Positions 53,891 through 63,360 of a stretch of DNA of 64,000 nt are shown here, one piece after another; position 1 is the first letter of the stretch, and every line of letters begins with the position of its first letter. Source of the DNA: Mobula hypostoma (lineage: Eukaryota); NCBI RefSeq assembly GCF_963921235.1, contig NC_086115.1, forward strand, positions 8,680,001 through 8,744,000, given 5' to 3'. The notes under the pieces were generated by a model. It did no database searches. It had not been told where the DNA came from and saw only the letters and a list, made by a program, of their open reading frames with translations. The position numbers were made by a program, and so were the translations under genes.

Positions 53891-54879
53891 GAGAGAAATC
53901 TGCCTCCTTATTCAGCCTATCTTGTATATAATTCTGGACCCATTAACAAGGATGGCATTTGGCTGGTTTACCAATGCAGCAAGGCAGTTAGTTCAGGGGA
54001 ATAAACATGAGGCTTCAGTGAGTACCACAGTGATGCCAGGAAGCAGTTTCTGTTCTTTCTGAACCCAGAGCAAGGCATCATCATCTCAGTGTTCAGGACT
54101 GAGAGAAAGAGAGACCTCCTCCTCACTGACAATCCATCATGAGAAATCTGGACTGAAGACATTGTGTTACTTCCAGGCCTGGCCTGCACTTTATTCACTA
54201 CTGTAGTGCAGTATTAGCTAGTACGATTCCATTGCTCCAATCACACAGTTCCTGTGATTTAGGGTATGGGATTTAACAGGGTAAAGTTCAGAATCTTGCC
54301 TTTTGAATGGTCTTGGCCACATTTCTCTAGCCCATGGCCCAACCAGGATATTGCTGCCCTGATTTATGTCCGTTCAGGTAGAGAGTCAGGTTTGCCTGAG
54401 TATGTTGATGTCATAACTTTCCCCTTTATTGATTGCAGCACTTGAGTTGGATTAAACAACAGGTGATTGGCCATGGTCATTAATGAAAATGGCAGAAGCA
54501 GACCAAATGAAAAAGAAGTTTAGACAATATTGTGTGGAGTATCCGAAATATGGATTTATATCAATACCAAGCAACCAACTGCAACCAATGTTTCTGTTGT
54601 GTGAAAAAGCTTTTTTCAAATGAGGCAATGAAACCATCCAGGCGCCATGAATATTTGCGGAAAGTACACTCTGACAAAGCAAACAAGAACTTGGTTTATT
54701 TTCAGACATTTTGTGAAAACTTTCAGAAATAGAAAACACTTCAAAACATGTTTGTGAGCCCTTCACAACAAAATAGTGATGGTTTCCATGCTTCATACAA
54801 CATTTCATTGCTCCTTGCTAAAGCAGGAAAGCCCCATACAACTGGAGAAGAACTAATTCTGCCAGCAGTAAGGGAGGGG

Positions 54880-55410
54880 TTTACTTTACTGTCAAGATGA
54901 AGCCACACTCAGGTTGGAGGAACAACACCTTATATTCCGTCTGGGTAGCCTCCAACCTCATGGCATGAACATTGACTTCTCAAACTTCTGTTAATGCCCC
55001 TCCTCCCGTTCTTACCCCATCCCCTTTTTTATTATTTTCCCCTTTTTTCCTCTCTCTCTTCTTTCTCCCTATGTCCCTCTCACAATTACTTCTTGCCTAC
55101 TTTCCATCTTCTGTGGGCTCCCCTCCCCCTTTCCTTCTCCCTAGGCCTCCCATCCCATGATCCTCTCCCTTCTCCAGCCTTGTATCCCTTTTGCCAATCA
55201 GCTTTCCAGCTCTTAGCTCCATTCCTCCCCCTCCTGTCTTCTGCTATCATTTCGGATCTCCCCCTCCCCCTCCCACTTTCAAATCTCTTACTACCTCTTC
55301 TTTCAGTTAGTCCTGACGAAGGGTCTCGGCCCGAAACGTCAACTGTACCTCTTCCTAGAGATGCTGCCTGGCCTGCTGCGTTCACCAGCATTTTGTGTGT
55401 GTTGCTTGAT
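54880..55410 (+). mobile_element. Penelope 3' end (GIY-YIG C-terminus, pyrimidine-rich UTR, terminal repeat with hammerhead)
   Basis: CQDEATLRLEEQHLIFRLGSLQPHGMNIDFSNF, then a CT-rich tract and the hammerhead motif. Confidence 0.82.
55309..55344 (+). ncRNA. Minimal hammerhead ribozyme motif
   Basis: AGTC-CTGACGA-AGGGTCTCGGCCC-GAAAC-GTC^AACT, with one stem I mismatch. Confidence 0.68.
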
Positions 55411-55650
55411 TCTACTCACCAATGTCATTTGCTTGTGCAACAGACAGGGTTCAAAAAAATCATATCTGATGTTGAGAAGCTGATATCACTGCACCAAACC
55501 CAGCCATCTCATTGAAAGGTGAAAATGCTATGATGTAGTGAATAGTTATTTGGACTACTAATATACACTCTAAAATCATTTAATAAATTTGTTTTTACTG
55601 TAATTAAATAAAGAAATCATTTAACTCTCTTGCAAACTCTTCCTTCAGTT

Positions 55651-55686
55651 AGTCCTGATGAAGGGTCTCTGCCTGAAACGTCGACT
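55651..55686 (+). ncRNA. Minimal type I hammerhead ribozyme motif (Penelope-associated)
   Basis: AGTC-CTGATGA-AGGGTCTCTGCCT-GAAAC-GTC^GACT: stem I AGTC/GACT, intact catalytic core, palindromic ACGT stem III. Confidence 0.75.
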
Positions 55687-55965
55687 GTACCTCTTCCTAG
55701 AGATGCTGCCTGGCCTGCTGTGTTCACCAGCAACTTTGATGTGTGTTGCTTGAATTTCCAGCATCTGCAGAATTCCTGTTGTTTGCGTTTTTAAATTCAT
55801 TACTGCGAAGCCTCTTCCGGTGATGCCTGCACTGAAGAAGTTTAAATCTTCTCTTCGACGTGAGTTCAGTGAAACCATCTCTCACTGCTCCCCATCTGTA
55901 ATTTCATTTTGGATCTCCCCCTCCCCCTCCCACTTTCAAATCTCTTACTAACTCTTCCTTCAGTT

Positions 55966-56001
55966 AGTCCTGACGAAGAGTCTCGGCCCGAAACGTCGAC
56001 T
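55966..56001 (+). ncRNA. Minimal hammerhead ribozyme motif
   Basis: AGTC-CTGACGA-AGAGTCTCGGCCC-GAAAC-GTC^GACT. Confidence 0.72.
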
Positions 56002-56599
56002 GTATCTCTTCCTAGAGATGCTGCCTGGCCTGCTGCATTCACCAGCAACTTTGATGTGTGTTGCCATCATTTTACTTGTAGCTTTAAATAGATTTAAATA
56101 TTTTTGCAATTATTTTTCACTGCTTTGAATTTGCAGTTACGATTTTCTTTCACTGTGCATCATAAATCAAAATTCTTTATAGTTTTTATGTAATGGTCGG
56201 GAAGGGAGAGGCGAGCGCTGGGGATGTGATCTCCGAGCCAAGGGGCGATGACCCAAAAATGTTTGGGAATCACTGCTCTTCGCACTCGACTGTGTGGCTG
56301 AAATTGCCATCTGTAAATTCGCCGGTGACACATCCGTTGTTGGCAGAATCTCAGATGTCGACGAGGTGTACAGCAGTCAGATTCATCGGCTACTTGGGTG
56401 ATCGCCACAGTAACCTTGAACCAAACATCAGTAAGACCAATGAATTGGTTGTGTACTTTGGAAAGATGCGAGCAATGCCCACTGGTGATTTGTATCTTCC
56501 GAAAAAAATAGGTAAACTGGAAACATTAGGCTTTTCATCTGGCGTTGGAAACCGAATCTACGCCCACTTTATTTCGTGTTTTCTTTATTTAATTGCATC

Positions 56600-56860
56600 T
56601 TTTTAGCTTTTTCAATTCTATTCCCGCAGAAGGTACCTGCAACGTACAACCTCTGGACGTTTCAATCTTTCGTTCAGGGAAACGAACCTGCAAGAGCATT
56701 GGAGCGCGCGCTCCGGGTTTGCAGCGGATGATTGACAGGTTGCCGGGATGTCGGTCACGTGGGTGTCCGGAAGAGCGCGCTGGACTTTGACAGGCGGAGT
56801 AATGGCGGAGGAGCCGGGCTCTGGCGAAAGGTATGCTTGTCTTCTGTGCGTTGTCGAGGG
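56600..56860 (+). promoter_or_regulatory. AS3MT CpG-island promoter with E-box GTCACGTGG (56754-56762) and ETS motif CCGGAAG (56767-56773)
   Basis: CpG-rich stretch immediately before the ATG; motif matches only. Confidence 0.6.
56802..56830 (+). CDS. AS3MT: AS3MT putative first coding exon (MAEEPGSGE)
   Basis: ATG in a CpG island; AG|gtatgc donor; phase 2 matches the next exon. Confidence 0.7.
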
Positions 56861-57089
56861 GGAAGAAAAATGGTTCATCCTGCACCCTCCCCACCACCAC
56901 CTTATTGCAACTTCTGCCCTCTTCCTTTCCGGTCCTGATGAAGGGTCTCGGCGTGCAACGTCGACTGTTTATTACTCTCCACAAGATGGTGCCTGACCTT
57001 CAGAGTTCCTCCAGCGTCTGCGGAGTGTCGCGTGTTTATGTCTGTGGAGAATCAGTGAACGTTTCTGATGGAATCTCTCCGTCAGAAGG

Positions 57090-57572
57090 CAGACATCCCA
57101 CCCTGCAAAAACTCATTTCAGGGAGGTAGCACCATCAGTTTGCGGGAGACTTCCGGGAGAGGTGGGATGTCTGCAATAGAGTAGCTCCTTAGCAGCTGGC
57201 CAGCTAGTTTAAATAAAGTTAGCTATGCTAATGAACAAATGACACCTGTTAAACTCACCTCAACATGTCTTTTACATTTTAACCCACCATGGGCAATAGA
57301 AAAGTCACTGTTGCAAACAGTGCAGCGAGCAACACTGTCATTATTTTTGACTCCTATTAGGCAGGGGTACACTTTAGTGTAGTCTGGGGTGACGTACGTA
57401 TTATATTTTTTGGAACACTTTGCCATGGCACACTCTCGCACTGTCTCTCGCTTTTCTCTCGCTCGCTCAAAAAAATTGATTTCCGTGATATTGTATATAA
57501 TTTGCGGACATCAGGGAGCCACTATTAATATGCGGGAGACTCCCGGAAGTTCCGGGAGAGGTGGGATGTCTG
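57090..57572 (-). mobile_element. Non-autonomous hAT-like element, copy 2
   Basis: Same TIRs; flanks agaagg/agaacg; ORF piece ARCTVCNSDFSIAHGGLKCKRH. Confidence 0.85.
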
Positions 57573-57604
57573 AGAACGGAGAATAAACATCTCTTCTTTC
57601 AGTT

Positions 57605-57640
57605 AGTCCTGACGAAGGGTCTCGGCCCGAAATGTCGACT
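57605..57640 (+). ncRNA. Minimal hammerhead ribozyme motif in AS3MT intron 1
   Basis: AGTC-CTGACGA-AGGGTCTCGGCCC-GAAAT-GTC^GACT. Confidence 0.62.
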
Positions 57641-58355
57641 GCACCTCTTCACCAGCATTTTTTGTGTGTGTTGGGAGAATAAACAAGTTAGCTTTAATCG
57701 TCAGCTGTAGTGTTATGGGTCAGCGGCACAAATTGCGTCGAACCGCAGAGTGCTGGAGGAACTTGGGGTGTCCAGCACACTGTAGGTCCAGATTCCAGTA
57801 TCTGCAGTCTCTATCCTGATGTCGTGTCCCTATACACGCCTGTACCCCATCACGAAGGCCTTAAAGCTCTCATCTTCTCTCTCGATAACAAACCGGACCA
57901 CGTCCCCTCCACCACTACCCTCCTCCGTCTGCCAGAACTGAATCTCACACTGTCTCTTTTGCCTCCTCCCTCTTTAAACAAACTCAAGGGGTAGCCATCT
58001 ACGTAGCACTCCATTTTTCTTTCATCCATGGGCCTATCTAAGAGTCTCTTAAATGTCACCAATGTATCAGTCTCTCATTGATCACCATGTTTAAAAAAAA
58101 CCACTTCCTTTGACATCCCCCTATACTCTCTTCCAATCAACTAATTATGACCTGTCTTATTAGCCATTTTCACCCTGGGGGAAAAGGTGCCGGCTGTCCA
58201 CTCGATCTATGCCTTTTCCAGAATGTAACCCTCATAACTGAGGGAGACCTGTAGATACAAGTTTTTTAATCATTAAATTGCAGTGGTGGATTTCTGTCGG
58301 GGAAGGCAAGGTTACGTGCAGCTTCTGACCATTGGTTTTTAATTATTCCTTGCAG

Positions 58356-58407
58356 GCTGTCTTCAACTAGTTGCGGTCAGCATTTGAAAATCCACGAGGA
58401 GGTCAAG
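58356..58407 (+). CDS. AS3MT: AS3MT exon (RLSSTSCGQHLKIHEEVK)
   Basis: ttgcag acceptor, gtaacc donor; IHEEVK corresponds to human IQKDVQ. Confidence 0.85.
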
Positions 58408-58419
58408 GTAACCCCGTCA

Positions 58420-59012
58420 CAAACAAGAGAAAATTTGCAGATGCTGTGAATCCAAGCAACACCCACAAAATGCTGGAGGAACTCAGCAGGCCAGGCAGTG
58501 GGAATTCCTAGTGGTCACCAATTTTAATTCCACTTCCCATTCCCATTCCGATATGTCAATCTGTAGCCTCCCTTACTGTCGTGATGAGGCCACACTTAGG
58601 GTGGAGGAACAACACCTTGTAATCTGCTTGGGTAGCCTCCAACCTGATGGCGTGAACATCGATTTCTCAAACTTTCAGTAGTGCACCCCCCCCTCGCCAT
58701 TTCTCATCCCCTTTTCCCTCTCTCACCTTATATCCTTGCCTGCCCATCGCCTCCCTCTGGTGCTCCTCCCCACTTTTCTTTCTTCCATGGCCTCTGTCTC
58801 TTTCGCTAGTTTAATTCCCAGCTCTTTACTTCATCCCCTCCCCCTTCAGGTTTCATCTATCATCTTGTGTTTCTCTCTCTCCCCCCCCCCACCTTTTAAA
58901 TCTACTCCTCAGCTTTTTTTCTCTAGTCCTGCCGAAGGGTCTCAGCCCAAAACATCGACTGCACTCTTTTCCATAGATGCTGCCTGCCACACACATTTTG
59001 TGTGTGTTGCTA
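58420..59012 (+). mobile_element. Penelope 3' end with inverted terminal-repeat piece
   Basis: CRDEATLRVEEQHLVICLGSLQPDGVNIDFSNF; degenerate hammerhead at about 58925; inverted copy at 58420-58498. Confidence 0.75.
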
Positions 59013-59129
59013 GGAGGTCAAAGTAATTTATTTCAATGCAGGTTCTACTGTTAATTAATTTAATTGAGATATAATGTGGAATAGCCCCTTCTGGCCCTTC
59101 GAGCTGCACCACCCAGCAATCCCCTGATT

Positions 59130-59615
59130 TCATAGAACAGCACAGTACCGGCCCTTCGGCCTACAATGTTGTGCCGACCCTCAAACCCTGCCTCTCATAT
59201 AACCCCCCACCTTAAATTCCTCCATATACCTGTCTAGTAGTCTCTTAAACTTCATTAGTGTATCTCCCTCCACCACTGACTCAGGCAGTGCATTCCACGT
59301 ACCAACCACTCTCTGAGTAAAAAACCTTCCTCTAATATCCCCCTTGAACTTCCCACCCCTTACCTGAAAGCCATGTCCTCTTGTATTGAGCAGTGGTGCC
59401 CTGGGGAAGAGGCGCTGGCTGTCCACTCTATCTATTCCTCTTATTATCTTGTACACCTGTATCATGTCTCCTCTCATCCTCCTTCTCTCCAAGAGTAAAG
59501 CCCTAGCTCCCTTAATCTCTGATCATAATGCATACTCTCTAAACCAGGCAGCATCCTGGTAAATCTCCTCTGTACCCTTTCCAATGCTTCCACATCTTTC
59601 CTATAGTGAGGCGAC
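59130..59615 (-). mobile_element. CR1 LINE 3' fragment (fairly young)
   Basis: RRMRGDMIQVYKII...FFTQRVVGTWNALP. Confidence 0.82.
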
Positions 59616-59957
59616 TAGCTTAATCCTAGCCTAATCAGAGAACAATTTACAATGACCAATTAATCTACCAACTGGTACGTCTTTTGGACTGTGGGAGGAA
59701 ACCAGAGCACCTGGAGGAAACCCATACTGTCATGGGGAGAACGTATAATCTCCTTACAGCAGGAATTGAACCTGTGTTGTTACTGTAAAGCGTTGTGTTA
59801 ACCACCTTTTGCTACAACAGTTTATTATAGTCTAGTTGTGGTGAATGAATTTACGAGTTTCGAGAGATTACCTCACCCCCTCCCATGTGCTGCTCAATAA
59901 GTTTTGTCCCCTCCTGGCTACACTGTAGCTCTCTGATGCTCTGCAATTTGTCAACAG

Positions 59958-60085
59958 GATTACTATGGAAAGAGGCTGAAGCGAACGGGAGATCTGGTAC
60001 TGAATGCCTGTGTCACTCCTGCTAAAGCATGTGTTAAACACGTGCATGAAGCATTGAAGGATATTCACGAGGAAGTGAGCGCCAG
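59958..60085 (+). CDS. AS3MT: AS3MT exon (DYYGKRLKRTGDLVLNACVT...HEEVSAR)
   Basis: 128 nt; caacag acceptor, gtctga donor; includes the conserved N-terminal Cys (human C32 equivalent). Confidence 0.93.
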
Positions 60086-61534
60086 GTCTGAAATCTTTAT
60101 AACCTTTATGATCATGATCTGTGATGTTCAAGATTCAAGGTTGTTTAATGTAATTTCCCATACACAGGTGTAAAGGAGAATGAAATAATTATTATTCTGG
60201 ATCTGATACAGCACATAGAAAACCACAATAAGATAAAGATCACAATAATAATAAAAACACAATAAATATAAATACATCTTCTTAAGCCCCATTGGCCCTT
60301 CTGGGGCATAGCCCACTGACACAGACTGCCCAGAGTCCTCTGTCCTCCTTGAGTCTTTCATGTTGTCTCCAGTTATAAATATGCAAGATAGCTTATTTAT
60401 TAGATTAGATTCAACTTTATTGTCATTGTGCCGAGTACAGATACAAGGCCAATGAAATGCAGTTAGCATCTAACCAGAAATGCAAAGAATAGTGTTATTT
60501 TCAAAATAACCATGAATAAAAAGTAAGTGCTACAGCACACCAATATAAAAGTACCGAGACAGTACAATATTTATGTTGATTGTATGTCTATAAAGTGATG
60601 CTAGGGACGGGAATGTCCGTACATAAGATAGGAAATATTAAAGTAGTGGTGGTTGGGGGTGTGGAGGGGAGGGTTAGTGGGTGGAGGTGTTGATCAGCCT
60701 TACTGCTTGGGGAAAGTAGCTGTATTTGAGTTTGGTGGACCTGATGTGGATGAGGTGTAGCCTCCTCCCTGATGGGAGTGGGTCAAACCGTCCATGAGCA
60801 GGGTGGGTAGGATCCTTCATGCTGTTAGTGGCTCTTTTCTGGCACCTTTCTGTACACGTCCTTGATGGCAGGTAGGCTGGTGCCGGTGATGTGTTGGGCA
60901 GTTTTGACTACCTGTTGTAACGCCCTCCTGTCTGCCACAGTGCAGTTTCTGTACCGTGCAGTGATGCAGCTTGTTAGGACGCTCTCCGCTACACATCAGT
61001 AGAATAATGTCAGTAGCACAAAAGAAAACATGATAATTATAAATATATAAGGCAGCTTGTATAGATATATGTTTATAAAGTGACACTGGACGCAGGAGTG
61101 TCTGTACATATAGTGGTGGTGGTGAGGTGGTACAGAATTTATTTCACTTTAGGGAACATTAGGGGGCGCTTCTTCACACAGAGAGTGGTGGGAGTATGGA
61201 ATGAGCTGCCAGACGAGGTGGTAAATGCGGGTTCTTTTTTAACATTTAAGAATAAATTGGACAGATACATGGATGGGAGGTGTATGGAGGGATATGGTCC
61301 GTGTGCAGGTCAGTGGGACTAGGCAGAAAATGGTTCGGCACAGCAAAGAAGGGCCAAAAGGCCTGTTTCTGTGCTGTAGTTTTCTATGGTTTTGTCCTGC
61401 ATCTGTTCCTGTTTGCCTCAGCACGTACACAACTGATCATACCAACGTGGTACTCTTGTAATTTCAAAGCTGGTTGGTCTCCTGTGGTAATAAGCCCATA
61501 GCCCAGTTCGTCACAGAAAAAGTCCACACTGCCA

Positions 61535-61878
61535 CTGAGGACATCTGCAAGGAGCATTGCCACAGGAAAGCAGCTCCAGTCATTGAGGACCCTCGCAAGG
61601 AGCATTGTCACAGGAAAGCAGTGCAAGTCATCGAGGACCCTGGCAAGGAGCATTGCCACAGGAAAGCAGTGCCAGTCATCGAGGACCCTGGCAAGGAACA
61701 TTGCCACAGGAAAGCAGTGCCAGTCATCGAGGACCCTGGCAAGGAACATTGCCACAGGAAAGCAGTGCCAGTCATCGAGGACCCTGGCAAGGAACATTGC
61801 CACCGGAAAGCAGTGCCAGTCATCGAGGACCCTGGCAAGGAACATTGTCACAGGAAAGCAGCTCCAGTCGTGGAGGAC
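61535..61878 (+). repeat. 48-bp tandem repeat (about 7 copies) inside a Rex/Babar LINE remnant
   Basis: Unit ggaacattgccacaggaaagcagtgccagtcatcgaggaccctggcaa, encoding EHCHRKAVPVIEDPGK. Confidence 0.93.
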
Positions 61879-62295
61879 CCTTGCCGTCCAGGCTGCACTC
61901 TCTTCTCACTGCCGCCATCGGGAAGGCGGTACGAGAACCAGAGATCTCACACCACCAGGTTCAGGAACAGTTATTACCCCTCAGCCGTCAGGCTCTTAAA
62001 CCAGCGTGGATAATGTCACTCACCGCAACACTGAACTGATCACTGAAAGCAACCTACGGACTCACTTTCAAGGACTCTACAATTTACATTCTCAGTATTT
62101 ATTTATTTATTATTACATGTTTCTTTTCTGTTTGCATAGTTTACTTTCTTTTGCATGTTGGCTCTTTGTCAGTCGTAGTAGCTTTTCATTGATTCAGTTG
62201 TATTTCTTTGTACTACTGTGAATGCCTGCAAGAAAATGATAGTATATGGTGATGTGTACACACTTGGATAATAAGTTTACCTTGAACTTTGAACG
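61535..62295 (+). mobile_element. Rex1/Babar LINE 3' fragment containing the 48-bp tandem array
   Basis: LFSLPPSGRRY...HTTRFRNSYYPSAVRLLN, then an (accttgaactttga)-type tail. Confidence 0.8.
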
Positions 62296-62905
62296 GTTGA
62301 AGTCAAAAGCTTCATTTGATGCATGTACATTGAAATATACAGTGGAATGTGTGGTTTGTGTCAACGACCAACGTGGCCCGAGGATGTGCCGTGGGCAGAC
62401 TGCGTGTCAAGATTCAAGGTTGTTTATTCTCATTCTTTAGTACACGAGTGTAAAGGAGAATGAAATCCAGGATAGAAAATACAAAATAAACATAAAAAAC
62501 ACACAGAATATAAATACAAAAACATTTCTATAAACACTGTTGAGTGTGGCCTTGTATGCATAGACTAATCATGTGTCCATAAAGTGATGCTAGGTGCAGG
62601 AGTATCTCTGCGTAGGGTGAATCTGGCAGTAAATGATAAAGTGACAAAAGTTCCTCTTGGCAAGGGGAACTCTTCTAGGTAGCAACACAATAGGACAGTG
62701 ACTGTGTCAGTGTAGTTATGAGGTGTGGAATGTAAGCATAAAGTGTTGCCTTGCTTTTGGTGATAACATAGCATGCCCACAACTTATTGTACATCTTTGA
62801 AATGTGGGAGGAAACCCATGCCGTCCTAGGGAGAATGTATAAACTTCTTACAGGCAGCAGTGGGAGTTCAACCCCCATCATGGGCGCAGTAAGGCGTTAC
62901 ACTTA

Positions 62906-63360
62906 AGGCTGATATATACTTGTGCGTACGGGCTACGCCGTAGGCCTGATTTATAGTTTTGCGTAGCCCTACACCGTAGCGGGCATGTGTAGTTGTGTCT
63001 GCGTCGCTGTGCAATTCACCGCCAAAACGCTAGTTGGCGGAAGAGTTTCTATGCCACTGTGTTGAGTTTCTTCGTGAGAGACATGGACGAGGAAATGCAT
63101 TTCAAATATTTTCGGATGTTGGCAGGTAGATTTGATGATTTGGTTCATCGTCTCCAACCGTTTATTTTGCATCAGTGTACAGACATGGCGGAGAAAAGCA
63201 ACCAGAAATGCGTAGGAGGAAATGCGATGCTACCGAGCAGACCAATCACAGTTGTTGCGGTCTGTGTCACCACGACGTGAGTTACATTTTTGGGGAGGTG
63301 CATGTCACCCTACGGCATAGGGTACGCGATACCTATGGCGTACATTTGACGCAGAAGCCT
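62906..63360 (+). mobile_element. PIF/Harbinger non-autonomous element
   Basis: Flanked by TTA on both sides; ends aggctgatatatacttgtgcgt ... acgcagaagcct; remnant [24 protein letters not shown]. Confidence 0.75.

Larger units (their letters stand above)
54470..56275 (+). mobile_element. hAT-Charlie/Buster transposon remnant, interrupted by Penelope pieces
   Basis: RQY..EY.KYGF...CEKAFSNEAMKPS, ASYNISLLLAKAGKPHTTGEELILPA, C-terminal EKLISLHQTQPSH-stop; right TIR gtttgggaatcactg. Confidence 0.8.
56802..60085 (+). other. AS3MT: AS3MT gene span (arsenite methyltransferase), first three coding exons; remainder lies beyond the window
   Basis: Spliced MAEEPGSGERLSSTSCGQHLKIHEEVKDYYGKRLKRTGDLVLNACVTPAKACVKHVHEALKDIHEEVSAR matches the AS3MT N-terminus (YYGxxLK..DL..N.C, HEEV..R). 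Syntenic position after BORCS7. Confidence 0.9.

Noticed and set aside
61384-62039. Repeat-protein ORFs (EHCHRKAVPVIEDPGK and MFLARVLDDWHCFPVA)
   Set aside because: They are by-products of a 48-bp tandem repeat in a LINE remnant, with no splice or promoter support.
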